From Candidatus Latescibacterota bacterium (GTDB lineage: Bacteria > Latescibacterota > UBA2968 > SICM01), in NCBI GenBank assembly GCA_965217865.1, contig CBDCJO010000002.1:5709439-5773438 (forward strand): a stretch of 64,000 nucleotides of DNA. Direction: 5' to 3'. Below the pieces are notes generated by a model. The model searched no databases. It was not told where the DNA came from and saw only the letters and a list, made by a program, of their open reading frames with translations. Position 1 is the stretch's first letter. Each line of letters starts with the position of its first letter. Positions 1-10,259 of the stretch are shown here, piece after piece. The position numbers were made by a program, and so were the translations under genes.

Positions 1-416
1 ACTCCATCGTCTGGCCGCTGATTACCACGCTTGGGCTCTCTCCTCGTTGACGGGGGGCATTGAAATCGTGGGTTCATCAGTCCTTTGGCGAGAGAACCCT
101 ATTTCAGAATGGATAATGAGCAGAGTCGTTGCTCACTATGAGAGGCTCTGCTCGAAACTCGGCTTGGGTCCACCAACTGAAGAAGCGAAGTTCAGAGCAC
201 AGATCGGTCCCTGGTAAGCCTAAAGCCGCTCCACTTAACACGCGCACCTTACACACAAACGGTGCTGGATTACCCAACCACCCCACCTACGGCGAATGCC
301 TTTATATCAGCTTCTTCGAAGCTTACTGGAGTAATGCTGAATTTATTCTACCCCAACTGGGATATCCCGAGTTTTTTCCGCAGAATCACAAGTTAGAGAG
401 CGCGGGGGGCCAAGCC

Positions 417-1166
417 GTGGAGTCACAATATCTTCTGGAAGCGATACTGAAGCGTGAGGGCGTGCCCACGTTCTCAGAGTATCCATTCAACCTGAACGCA
501 GTCAGGAATCTACAAAGACTGCGATTCCATCCGGCAATGACCTACATTGTTGGCGAAAACGGGAGCGGGAAGTCCACCTTGCTCGAGGCTATCGCGGTTG
601 CCTTGGGATTCAATCCTGAAGGAGGAACAAGGAACTTCGGGTTCTCGACGAGAAAATCCCACTCCAAACTATGGAAGCACATTAGGCTTGCCAAGGGCAT
701 CAGGAAACCGGAGGACGGATTCTTTTTTCGAGCGGAAAGCTTCTACAACGTTGCGACGAACATAGAGGAGTTGGACCGAGAGCCCGCGCCTGCACCACCA
801 ATCATAGAGTCGTACGGTGGCGTCTCTCTCCATGAGCAGTCGCATGGGGAGAGCTTCATGGCCTTGGCAATGAATCGATTCGGGGGAAAGGGTCTGTACA
901 TCCTGGACGAGCCAGAGGCGGCGTTGTCGCCGACCCGTCAAATGACGCTCCTCGCTCGAATGCACGAATTGATTCAAGACGATTCGCAATTCATCGTTGC
1001 GACCCACTCCCCAATTCTCATGGCCTATCCCAACGCAACCCTCTATCTACTTGAGGAAGGCGGCCTTCGAGAAGTGTCGTATACAGAAACCGAGCATTAC
1101 GAGGTAACCAAGGACTTTCTCAACAATCATGAATCCATGTTGAGAATTCTGATGGACGGCGAGTAG
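417..1166 (+). CDS. AAA/ABC-type ATPase (predicted ATPase, stand-alone)
   Basis: Walker A GENGSGKST, signature SHGE, Walker B YILDEPE, ATHS switch. GTG at 417 is a more likely start than 129. Confidence 0.85.
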   Translation: MESQYLLEAILKREGVPTFSEYPFNLNAVRNLQRLRFHPAMTYIVGENGSGKSTLLEAIAVALGFNPEGGTRNFGFSTRKSHSKLWKHIRLAKGIRKPEDGFFFRAESFYNVATNIEELDREPAPAPPIIESYGGVSLHEQSHGESFMALAMNRFGGKGLYILDEPEAALSPTRQMTLLARMHELIQDDSQFIVATHSPILMAYPNATLYLLEEGGLREVSYTETEHYEVTKDFLNNHESMLRILMDGE

Positions 1167-1236
1167 GTCGCACCCTCTACCCCCGTTCAAGAGGGCGCCG
1201 AAAAGGCGCCAGGAAATCATTTGAAATGGAGATACC

Positions 1237-1650
1237 ATGGCCATCCTGAAACATGACGATCTACCTCTCAATGTGAGCAGGAGCTACGAGACTAGCGGAA
1301 TAAAAGGCAGGAAGATTGTGACCCGGGAGGCAGGCTCAAAAACCTGCGAAGTCTGGGAACAATTTCAAGATTCAGGCGGGCTAATAAACCCCCACTATCA
1401 TGAGGTAGAGGAAATCATCACTTTACTGAAGGGAACTGTGGAAGTCATGATAGATGGGCAGACCACGGAGGTCGAAGCTCCCGTCACTCTATTCATTCCT
1501 GAAAAGGTCGTCCATAGCATCAGGAACGTTGGGGACAAGACGACACATGTGTTAGCATTTTTTCCATGCCTCGATCCCAAAGTCATCTACGTGAAACCGT
1601 CGGCTGCCAATGAGTCGATCACTAATGAAAGGAAGCATAACCATGAATGA
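1237..1650 (+). CDS. Cupin domain protein
   Basis: PHYHEVEE and IPEKVVHSIRN cupin motifs; GGAG RBS. Confidence 0.85.
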   Translation: MAILKHDDLPLNVSRSYETSGIKGRKIVTREAGSKTCEVWEQFQDSGGLINPHYHEVEEIITLLKGTVEVMIDGQTTEVEAPVTLFIPEKVVHSIRNVGDKTTHVLAFFPCLDPKVIYVKPSAANESITNERKHNHE

Positions 1651-2428
1651 AATACACACATTTTTCGAGGAGAACGGCTACTACCTGGCCAAAGGCGTCT
1701 TTTCGCCAGATGAGGTGAGCAAGCTTGAAATCGAATTCGATCGGGTTCTGCAACAACTCGGCGAACGCGACAACACCGACTCATCGAATAGTAACGGTGT
1801 CATCAAAAAACTCAATGTGCAGCAGTATTCGGGGCTGTGGATGGCGACCCTGCTTCACGAAAAGTTCCTCGACATTGTTGAACAACTCATCGGTCCCGAC
1901 ATCGTTCTCAACCATACCACGCTCTTTGAGAAGCGGGCGACAACCGCTCCAACGCCTTTTAATATGCACCAGGACTGGAGTTATCTGACAACCCAGATGA
2001 ACACCATGATCGGGGGAATGATCCATGTCGGGGAAGCCACGGAGGAAATGGGCTGCCTCAGAGTCTATCCCGGCTCGCACAAAAGTGGCCGGGTGGAGAG
2101 TTCTACCGCCCGTGATGCAGAGTTTCACAAACGATTCCCACTTGAAGGCGCCACGGCGATTGAAGCCGAGCCGGGTGACGTCACCTTCTTCGATTACTTC
2201 ATCGTACATGGTTCGATGTCCAACCGCTCCGAAAAGCCAAGGAAGGTGGTGATTGCGCGGATGTTTTCCGGCAGAGATCAAAAGGAGGACATCTACCAGT
2301 TCTGTGAAAATCTGGTGTTGCGCGGATGGAACTACCACACGACCTCCGCCACGGCCAGAAAAACAGTTTGGAGACCTGCAAAGGAAACCGGAGAACCCGC
2401 TGCCACAGAGAACGCAAAGAAAAGCTGA
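1643..2428 (+). CDS. Phytanoyl-CoA dioxygenase (PhyH) family protein
   Basis: FFEENGY, HQD, GCLRVYPGSHK and HGS motifs; start overlaps the cupin stop. Confidence 0.88.
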   Translation: MNEIHTFFEENGYYLAKGVFSPDEVSKLEIEFDRVLQQLGERDNTDSSNSNGVIKKLNVQQYSGLWMATLLHEKFLDIVEQLIGPDIVLNHTTLFEKRATTAPTPFNMHQDWSYLTTQMNTMIGGMIHVGEATEEMGCLRVYPGSHKSGRVESSTARDAEFHKRFPLEGATAIEAEPGDVTFFDYFIVHGSMSNRSEKPRKVVIARMFSGRDQKEDIYQFCENLVLRGWNYHTTSATARKTVWRPAKETGEPAATENAKKS

Positions 2429-2569
2429 CATCATTTTTTCGCGCAGGCCAGGCGAGCTCGATCCCATTATGTCTTCCTAATGGATCCCCGCGGGACAGGT
2501 TGTCTGGCGGGAATTCTCTGAAACAACTACCTTTTTTTGAGAAGCAGAAAATCCATAAAACCAAACCAG

Positions 2570-2675
2570 AGGCGTAGGTGGCGCTTACACCCCCTGCGAC
2601 GGCCCACCGATGGAGATCCTGATGGACCTTGATCACCACTTGCGTGAACGGGGGATTCGCGACAAACTTGATTGA
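2570..2675 (+). pseudogene. Fragment resembling an FAD-dependent (sulfide:quinone oxidoreductase-like) oxidoreductase
   Basis: Translates as GVGGAYTPCDGPPMEILMDLDHHLRERGIRDKL; no start codon. Confidence 0.3.
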
Positions 2676-2733
2676 AGAACGTATCTCACGTCGGATAACA
2701 CCCAATTCGCCTTCCGCTGAATTCTCAGCTTAG

Positions 2734-4259
2734 CAGCCCGTTGAAGAACTACCTTTCAACGCACATAAACGGAAAAGACGCCTGGAGTGCGGGTCAGATA
2801 AATCAAGGTAAGGAGATTGAGCAGGAGACGCTGATAAGAGGTTAAAAAGGTGACCGAGGGCAGCAAACGTGATTGTAGGACGAGCAGTAGACGCTGCAAG
2901 GCCTTGGCCAGGTCCTGGAGGGCCTTCGGAGTACCTACGCCCATCACTTTGCGCATGAGCAGAGCCAGGTTGCAGCCCCCGATGTGGATCAGCAAACGCT
3001 TGAGGATATTGCCGCGGTCTCTCAAGTGCAACCTGCGCATGCCACCGGTATCATATGTGTGAGCGATGGTTCTTTCCACCCGTTCTGCACGACTTCGGCG
3101 CAAGGCCTTGCCGCGATCTCCCTTGATCCGGCGTCGATTCGCATATACCGCGGCCTGCTCATCTCGTCGGCCGTTCCACTTGCGGCGTCCCCGATCCGGT
3201 TCTGAAATGTAACTCCGGATGCCGCCTTGCTTCAGACTGGTCAATACATCGTTGCTATGATATCCTTTGTCCGCAACCACCTCCCGTATACGCTGTCTGT
3301 GCAAACGTTTGGCAGCTTTTTCGTCCTTCGCGACCTGCTTGAGATTGAGCGGCGCCTCGAGCAGCGTCCAGGGCAACGACTCGGTATCTCCTTCATCTGC
3401 TCCCGACAACGCCACTGCCACAATGGCATTGGTGTCCAGATCCACCGCGTGCTCCACCTTGTGCGCCATGTGCGTGCGACCGTCCTTCATCTTAGCGATC
3501 TTGGCATCCGGGTCGTGCGGGTGCTCCCAGTCCTGGTTCGATCCCTTCTTCGGTCGCTTCTTATCGATCTTGGACAAGTCCTCGCGGGTAGGCGTTTCAA
3601 TGCCCGAGGCCTTGGCCAGATTCTCAAGGAATGCCTGGTAGCCTTCACCCGTGTCACGGCGTACAATGCTGCGCATCGCGGCGTTGGCCTCCAGTGTCGT
3701 AGCATCCACGCCCAACGTCTTCCCCTTCACCAGACCCGCTTTGCACAAGACCCTCAGGATCCACTTGAAAACCGCTTCGTGAACTTCCAAGGGAAGCCGA
3801 TGCCGGATGCGAGACAGGCTGGAATGATCCGGGGTCTGTTCGTCAAGGGCATACCCCAAAAACCGGCGCAACGTCAGCGAGTCAGATACACGCCATTCGA
3901 TCCCACGTTCCGAATCAAGTCCCTCGAAATACCCAATCAAAAGCATCCGAAAATAAACCCCGGGCGGAATGCCCTTGCGACCCATATGAGGAGCGTAATA
4001 CCGCTGGCAAAGCCCCTCGACGAACTCGTCGAAGCCGTTCGCCCCCAATACCTGATTCAGCTTCTCGTAGAACGGATGACCCGGAGATTTCACCAAAGTG
4101 TTCGATGCGATGAACAGGTTTTCCTGTCTCTGTCGTCCTCGTTTTCCCATTGCCATTTGCTCGTCCTCCCTTCTCAGTTTGAACCTGATATATCATAGGA
4201 CCAAACCACAAGGAAAGACAACAGTCATCTTGGCATAAACGCACTTTTTCAACAGGCTG
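2734..4259 (-). mobile_element. IS5/IS1182-like insertion sequence, full-length copy
   Basis: Terminal inverted repeats CAGCCCGTTGAAGAA / TTTTTCAACAGGCTG; flanks TTAG and CTAG; near-identical to 27316-28562. Confidence 0.9.
2756..4156 (-). CDS. DDE transposase (DUF772-like N-terminus, IS5/IS1182-like)
   Basis: TPDHSSLSRIR, VDAT, ADKGY and VER motifs. Confidence 0.92.
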   Translation of the reverse strand: MAMGKRGRQRQENLFIASNTLVKSPGHPFYEKLNQVLGANGFDEFVEGLCQRYYAPHMGRKGIPPGVYFRMLLIGYFEGLDSERGIEWRVSDSLTLRRFLGYALDEQTPDHSSLSRIRHRLPLEVHEAVFKWILRVLCKAGLVKGKTLGVDATTLEANAAMRSIVRRDTGEGYQAFLENLAKASGIETPTREDLSKIDKKRPKKGSNQDWEHPHDPDAKIAKMKDGRTHMAHKVEHAVDLDTNAIVAVALSGADEGDTESLPWTLLEAPLNLKQVAKDEKAAKRLHRQRIREVVADKGYHSNDVLTSLKQGGIRSYISEPDRGRRKWNGRRDEQAAVYANRRRIKGDRGKALRRSRAERVERTIAHTYDTGGMRRLHLRDRGNILKRLLIHIGGCNLALLMRKVMGVGTPKALQDLAKALQRLLLVLQSRLLPSVTFLTSYQRLLLNLLTLIYLTRTPGVFSVYVR

Positions 4260-4303
4260 CTAGACTACCCTTCTTTCCCTTCTCGCGGTAATTCGACACG
4301 TCC

Positions 4304-5017
4304 ATGGAAATCCATAGAGTTGACATCTATTGGAGTAATTTCTTCGGTCTAAATTATGAGGAATTTCTTACACCGGGTATTTATGTAGTTCCTCATGCAC
4401 GGCTGGGAAATTTTCAAGGGGCTTGGGTTTATCGCCATAAACAAACAATTGTTCTCTCCGTGCCCCCGGTTTGGGTCGATCCTTTGCTAAAGAAGATTAC
4501 AAAGATATGTATTGATAGAATTCACTCACTTCAAACAACAGAATATCTATTTGGAGATGGTATTGAGCGGACCGTTGGACCTGCATATCAAGGGTATGCT
4601 GAATTGAAAGATTTCCAACCCCAACCTTCATCCTTGGTGCGTCTGTTGTCTGATGAAGATAATTCTGGTCTGGAAGAATTGGCTGATTCCGGGGATCCTT
4701 CGGGTTGGGTTGATGGCGGGTTTGACAGTAAAAAAGATTATTGTTTTGGTTATTATTTAGACGAGAAGATAGTTGCTGTCTCCGGATACGTTAAGTTTCC
4801 TGATGAGGCAGCGTTTCCTGGTATTTTCGTCCATCCATCTTACCGTGGTAAAGGATATGCCAAAGCAGTTTTGAGCGCGGCTTTTCAGCATGCATTTGAT
4901 CAAGGGTTTTTCATCGCTTATCAGACTCTGCTTTCCCATATTAGTGCGGTAAGGGTAGCTGAAGCCTTTGGTTGTAGAGAATACGCACAAAATATTGTTG
5001 TTCGACTAAAAGAGTAA
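4304..5017 (+). CDS. GNAT family N-acetyltransferase
   Basis: C-terminal VHPSYRGKGYA acetyl-CoA binding motif. Confidence 0.85.
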   Translation: MEIHRVDIYWSNFFGLNYEEFLTPGIYVVPHARLGNFQGAWVYRHKQTIVLSVPPVWVDPLLKKITKICIDRIHSLQTTEYLFGDGIERTVGPAYQGYAELKDFQPQPSSLVRLLSDEDNSGLEELADSGDPSGWVDGGFDSKKDYCFGYYLDEKIVAVSGYVKFPDEAAFPGIFVHPSYRGKGYAKAVLSAAFQHAFDQGFFIAYQTLLSHISAVRVAEAFGCREYAQNIVVRLKE

Positions 5018-5101
5018 AAGCATTTTAGATCCAAGGACTGATGCCAGCAACAAAGCTACTTTTTACGGATCATTTTGAAGTGAAATCACGGAGGCAATAA
5101 A

Positions 5102-5509
5102 GTGGAGGATCAACTGAGTATGGTAAAACAGTTCCACCAAACGTTCAAATGTCATTTTGAACAAAATCCCACTGGACAAATTCCGAAGGACGCGTCCGAT
5201 GTTCGTTTGCAACTTCTGCAGGAAGAAATAGATGAATATCGGCTTGCCCTCGAGAAAAAGGACATTGTTCTTGTTGCTGATGCACTTACCGATATGCTAT
5301 ATGTACTACTGGGCACATATTTTTCACACGGACTGCAAAATCTGGCTGTGGAATTGTTCAATGAGGTCCATAGAAGCAATATGAGCAAATTAGATGAAAA
5401 TGGTCGACCAGTATATAATGGGGTTGGAAAAGTTATCAAAGTTAATCAATTTTCGAAACCTGATCTTAAGGCCATAATAGATAAATTCTCTGCCGACAAA
5501 AGGATTTGA
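5102..5509 (+). CDS. Nucleoside triphosphate pyrophosphohydrolase (MazG/PRA-PH-like)
   Basis: LLQEEIDE, DALTDMLYV and EVHRSNMSK motifs; GGAGG RBS. Confidence 0.88.
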   Translation: MEDQLSMVKQFHQTFKCHFEQNPTGQIPKDASDVRLQLLQEEIDEYRLALEKKDIVLVADALTDMLYVLLGTYFSHGLQNLAVELFNEVHRSNMSKLDENGRPVYNGVGKVIKVNQFSKPDLKAIIDKFSADKRI

Positions 5510-5595
5510 CTCGCTGAGAATCGTTGACGTGATGGTGTAATAGCACTTCATTGGTGACGGTCAAATCGTCCACAGATATTGTTGTGAGAGACAAA

Positions 5596-6759
5596 ATGGA
5601 GATCGCAATAGACGGCGCACATTCCGTATTCAGCTTTATCGAGCGAACGGCTGAAAATGTGTCCAATGGATTCAGATGGAAGACCATCGATTACCATAAC
5701 GAACCTCAGTATGACTACAACGTTTTCAACGGTTCGGGCGGAATCAGTTTCTTTCTGGCCGAGTACTATAGATTGACGAATTCAACGGCAGCTCTTGATC
5801 TTGCGATAGGTGCCAATCAGTGGTGTTCATCGGACGAACGCAAAGGATTCTCTCGTGGACTTCTCACCGGAAAAACCGGGGTCGCCATGGCCTGTTTGCA
5901 TCTGTCGCAGATAGCTCAGGAGCCCGAATATCGAACCTATTGCGCTAAGAACGCTGAGATTCTGCTCAGAGAAGATCCAGGTCCAATGACCGACCTGATG
6001 GGAGGAGCCGCAGGGAATGGACTTTTTCTGTTACGACTATGGCAGGCCACCGAAGATGAGCGGTACCTCAGTGGCGCCTGTCACTGCGGAGAATGGTTAG
6101 AGAAGCAGATGGTACGTGATGAGAAAGGATGCTACTGCCTTACAAGCACGGACGGTAAGTGGGGTGACATCCCTACCAGCGGCGTCGCTCACGGGGTCTC
6201 CGGAGTGACTCACTTTCTTCTCCATCTACACGATGCGACGAAGGACAAAAGATGGGCATCACTTGCCAGGGAAATACTGGACACACTGGTACGACACGCC
6301 ATTCCTGACAAAGGTGGGCTTAACTGGGGCATGAAACTCGACGGGCCCATCACCCGATGCGCTTGGAGTCACGGCTCTCCAGGCATTGGTCTGGTGTTCT
6401 TGAAGGCGAATGAAGTACTGGAGGACCGATCGTATTATGAGATTGCGTTGAAGTGCGGAGAAACCACGTATGCCTATGGAGATTTGAGGCGTAACGTAAC
6501 TCAATGCATTGGCCTTTCTGGTTCTGGCGAGCTTTTCATTGAGCTATACCGCGCTGGCAATGAAGAGCTCTGGTTGAACCGTGCCCATGAGTTTGCCAAA
6601 ATGGCCTATGGTTACAAAGAGGAACTTCCTGAGGGAGATGCGTGGCCAACAGACGAACCGGGTTTATACTCAGCGGATTTCATGTATGGTGCTGCCGGAG
6701 TTGGCCACTATTTTTTAAGATTGTGGAAGCCCCGAGAAATCCAGATGCCGCTCATGTGA
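5596..6759 (+). CDS. Lanthionine synthetase C-like (LanC-like) protein
   Basis: Repeated GxxG helical-barrel motifs, GVAHGVSG, WSHGSPG, DFMYGAAG. Confidence 0.85.
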   Translation: MEIAIDGAHSVFSFIERTAENVSNGFRWKTIDYHNEPQYDYNVFNGSGGISFFLAEYYRLTNSTAALDLAIGANQWCSSDERKGFSRGLLTGKTGVAMACLHLSQIAQEPEYRTYCAKNAEILLREDPGPMTDLMGGAAGNGLFLLRLWQATEDERYLSGACHCGEWLEKQMVRDEKGCYCLTSTDGKWGDIPTSGVAHGVSGVTHFLLHLHDATKDKRWASLAREILDTLVRHAIPDKGGLNWGMKLDGPITRCAWSHGSPGIGLVFLKANEVLEDRSYYEIALKCGETTYAYGDLRRNVTQCIGLSGSGELFIELYRAGNEELWLNRAHEFAKMAYGYKEELPEGDAWPTDEPGLYSADFMYGAAGVGHYFLRLWKPREIQMPLM

Positions 6760-6768
6760 AGCTTTTAC

Positions 6769-7581
6769 ATGGGGTGGCACAAAAGCGGTGCCCACCCTTG
6801 GCGCCCTTTTAATCTTTATACAATGTTAGATTCGGATCTTGTAGAAATTGAGATAAAGAAAAGGCCATACGTTCCTGTAATAATTAACGGGTCAGGCCCC
6901 TTCTCGTTCCTATTGGATACAGGATCCCTCGGTTCATATGTTTCACACGATCTCGCTGGACCATTGGGACTTCAACCCGATGAACGGGATGTCATTAAGC
7001 TGGATATTTTTTGCATCGGATCAGCTGTCTTCAAGGATTTGGTGCTTGTTCTGAGAGACAACACCAAGGTTTCCGAGATTACTGGTACTCGTGTCGATGG
7101 GTTCATCGGGACCCGATTTCTTTCCGATCTGGTTTTATTCATCGACTACCCTGACAAAACCGTTCGGTTAACTGATGGTACTATAACCGACGAAAATGTA
7201 GAGACAATAAATATCCGGATGAGCCAAGACTATCCTCTGGTGCCAGTTATGGTCCACAATTCCGGCCCATATTGGTTTCTGTTGGATACAGGTGCCCATA
7301 AGTCTATTATCTCAAATGGTTTGGCTGACAAACTGAAGCTCCCGCGAGGAGAAAAGGGCCTCGCTCGGGGGGCAGTGGACTCGAAGGAAGTTCATCATTC
7401 AACGGTGAAATCAATCTCCATTGGCTCAGCTATCTGTGTGGACCTCCCTGTCGATTTGATGGACTGCTCCCAGGTATCCGGATATGCTGGTACTGAAGTT
7501 CAGGGGTTAATAGGCCACAATTTTCTGAAAGAATTCTCTCTCACGATGAACTTCCAGAAAAAGATTTTGTCAATTTCTTGA
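6769..7581 (+). CDS. Tandem retropepsin-like aspartyl protease
   Basis: Two FLLDTG catalytic motifs, followed by GFIG and GLIG respectively. Confidence 0.88.
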   Translation: MGWHKSGAHPWRPFNLYTMLDSDLVEIEIKKRPYVPVIINGSGPFSFLLDTGSLGSYVSHDLAGPLGLQPDERDVIKLDIFCIGSAVFKDLVLVLRDNTKVSEITGTRVDGFIGTRFLSDLVLFIDYPDKTVRLTDGTITDENVETINIRMSQDYPLVPVMVHNSGPYWFLLDTGAHKSIISNGLADKLKLPRGEKGLARGAVDSKEVHHSTVKSISIGSAICVDLPVDLMDCSQVSGYAGTEVQGLIGHNFLKEFSLTMNFQKKILSIS

Positions 7582-7616
7582 GTAACCCCACCCCGAATTG
7601 CGTGGAAGAGGAACCA

Positions 7617-8361
7617 ATGAAAAAGAATACCCAGCCGATTACAGGTTGCGGCGAAGGTGATATCTTCGTCGTGGAGTCAAACTCGGGAAGTCTGTAGAGT
7701 TCGGGAATACCTGATCGTGACAGGAGAAAAGGAAGGCGTTGCCCTTACTGCTGCGTCCACAGGAATCGGGGGGCCGTCAACGGCCATTCTCCTGGAGGAA
7801 TTAGCCAAGTTGGGAGCCCGCGTGTTTATCCGTGTGGGCAATAGCGGTGCTTTGGCTGACTCTGTATCGGTCGGGGAGTATGTCATCACAACAGGAACTG
7901 TGAGGGACGATGGAACTTCAAAGAGCTATGTCATACCGGAGTATCCCGCCGTTTCACATTTTGAGGTGGTCAACGCATTAATCCGATCAGCTCAAGAGGC
8001 TGAGGTTAAGTTTCACGTAGGCATTACCTGGTCTATCGATGCATTTTATGCCCGGAATAAGGTTCTTACACCCGAGGGCGAGATTAGTTCAATGTCTTAT
8101 TCCGGCTATACACAACAATCGATGAATCCACTACTCGAAGATCTCAAACAGGCTGGCGTAAAAAACTGCGACATGGAGGCGAGCACCATACTCACCCTAT
8201 CGAGTTTATTTGGGTTGAAAGCAGGGTGTATTTGTACAGTATCGGACCGTACCCCCTGGCCCGGTCCTTCTTCTGAATCTTTGGATTTAGATCGAAATAT
8301 GGCAGGATGTATTGACATCGCAGTAAAGGCCATGTTAGAAGTGGCAAAAGCCGAACAATAA
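7617..8361 (+). pseudogene. Uridine/nucleoside phosphorylase with N-terminal deletion or frameshift
   Basis: ATG 7617 (MKKNTQPITGCGEGDI) is out of frame with the body (STGIGGPS, IRVG, VRDDGTS, DMEAS); the GDPxR motif is missing. Confidence 0.7.
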
Positions 8362-8401
8362 ATTTGACACCTGATGCCCCTCCAAACTTCCCAACCTTCC
8401 C

Positions 8402-8815
8402 ATGGAGATAATCCCGAAAGCTGGGGCTTTACCCTACCGAAGGCTAGACTCAGGTGAGATTGGATTCTTAGTAATCTCACGACATGATTCAGATCACTGG
8501 ATCTTGCCGATGGGTAAAATTGATCCTGGTGAGACTCCTGAAGAAACAGCTAAGCGGGAAGCCCAGGAGGAAGCAGGTGTTGAAGTTCAACCTAAAGATT
8601 CTATCGGGGTTCTTTCTTTTATCGACAAATCAGGATTAAAGCAGGACGTTGCCTTCTATATGGCGGAGTATATTGGAGATGCGGAGTGGCCTGAACAGCA
8701 TCTGCGTCGTAGGCGCTGGATAGCATTAAACCAGGCTGAGAAGGTAATCGCCCCAGATTTCATTACATTTGTCAGGACAGCTCGGAACCTGATTGAGCCA
8801 ATGGCCAAAGAATAG
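8402..8815 (+). CDS. NUDIX hydrolase
   Basis: Nudix box GKIDPGETPEETAKREAQEEAG. Confidence 0.9.
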   Translation: MEIIPKAGALPYRRLDSGEIGFLVISRHDSDHWILPMGKIDPGETPEETAKREAQEEAGVEVQPKDSIGVLSFIDKSGLKQDVAFYMAEYIGDAEWPEQHLRRRRWIALNQAEKVIAPDFITFVRTARNLIEPMAKE

Positions 8816-8882
8816 CAATAGAAAACATCTCACTCTAACCCGGTTCGCGCACGCCTTACATTTTCTAACGGATACTACAACA

Positions 8883-9632
8883 TTGGATTACGACCGCACT
8901 GAGATACCCGCAACCTACGCAAGGGCAAGGAAGCTCCCCGAAGCCACACTAAGGGTTTGGTTGGACGCAATTTCGGAACGAATCGTTGGATCAATCAACT
9001 GCATCTTAGACGTTGGATGCGGGACAGGACGGTTTTCTGAGCCCCTTGCCAGAAATTTCGGGGCAAAGCTTATTGGGATAGACCCATCTTTCAGGATGCT
9101 GGACCGAGCTCCAGTTGCCGGGAACAGGGGAATTGCGAAATTTGTCAACGGAGATGCTCATTCTCTCCCGATCAAGGATGGATCATTTGACTTGATATTT
9201 CTGTCAATGGTGTACCACCACCTGGATAAACCTGCCAGAGCAATTCAGGAGTTTCAACGGGTGGTCCGGCCGGGTGGTAGCCTGGGTATTCGAAATTCAA
9301 CCCTGGATCTCCTGGATACGGTGCCATATCTCAAGTATTTTCCGTCCGCACGTCAAGTCTGTGATAAAATGCTTCCCGGAACATCAGAGCTCATTGCAGA
9401 AATTGAAAGGACCGGATTCCTTCTGGTTGACCACACAGTAATTAATCAAGCATTCGCCGGATCATTCAAGGAATACCGTGAAAGAATCGCTCAACGGGCT
9501 CAATCGGATTTGGCGAGTATACCGGATTCAGAGTTTAAGCAGGGGTTAGAAGAGATGGAAAGAGACGAGGACTCGCGGGTGCCCGGGCCAATCATTGAAC
9601 CGGTAGACCTGTTCGTATTCAGCCGATCCTGA
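8883..9632 (+). CDS. Class I SAM-dependent methyltransferase
   Basis: ILDVGCGTG motif I, GDAHSLP, YHH; start uncertain. Confidence 0.88.
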   Translation: MDYDRTEIPATYARARKLPEATLRVWLDAISERIVGSINCILDVGCGTGRFSEPLARNFGAKLIGIDPSFRMLDRAPVAGNRGIAKFVNGDAHSLPIKDGSFDLIFLSMVYHHLDKPARAIQEFQRVVRPGGSLGIRNSTLDLLDTVPYLKYFPSARQVCDKMLPGTSELIAEIERTGFLLVDHTVINQAFAGSFKEYRERIAQRAQSDLASIPDSEFKQGLEEMERDEDSRVPGPIIEPVDLFVFSRS

Positions 9633-9682
9633 CAGAAATCAGCACATCTGGTACCACCTCCAGGCATCCGAGACAACACGCC

Positions 9683-10139
9683 ATGAACGAACGGAATGCT
9701 GTAAGAGCTATAATTCTTACCTCGAATGGCCGGATTTTGCTCATGAAGATCCAAGAACCCATCACCGGAAATCAGTTTTGGATCACCCCTGGAGGGGCCC
9801 CAGAGAAACACGAAACTGCTGAGGAAGGGTTGCGGCGTGAGCTCGTGGAGGAGACGGGACTTGAAGAGTTCCAGATCGGTCCACTTCTGTGGACTCGAGA
9901 ACATCACTTCACTTGGAATGGCAAGGAATACTTCCAAAAGACAAACAGACCATTTTGAACCTCGGATGGACGAGCTGGCAGCTCCCGGAGAATGGTCTGC
10001 TTTCCGTGGCTTTCGGTGGTGGAACCTTGACGAAATAGAGATGTCAGATGAGACTTTCGCCCCCCGTCGTATCCACACGCTCCTTGGACAGCTTATAGAA
10101 AATGGACCACCGGAACATGCATCAGATGCTGGAATTTGA
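9683..10139 (+). pseudogene. NUDIX hydrolase, frameshifted
   Basis: Nudix box PGG..E...RRELVEETG in the first frame; C-terminus (FRWWNLDEI...FAPR) continues in another frame after ~9940. Confidence 0.75.
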
Positions 10140-10259
10140 CAAACTCGTTCCGCGAGTTCGTGGGTGCCATGACTTATGTACGCAATATTGGTCAACATCG
10201 GTTGGGAGCAGATTGGCCCTGGTGGGCTTCCTCACAGATTTGAATAGGTAACCAAGGAA

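Noticed and set aside
129-416. N-terminal extension of the ATPase ORF
   Set aside because: It overlaps the intergenic repeat family and has no protein-like features; GTG at 417 is the likelier start.
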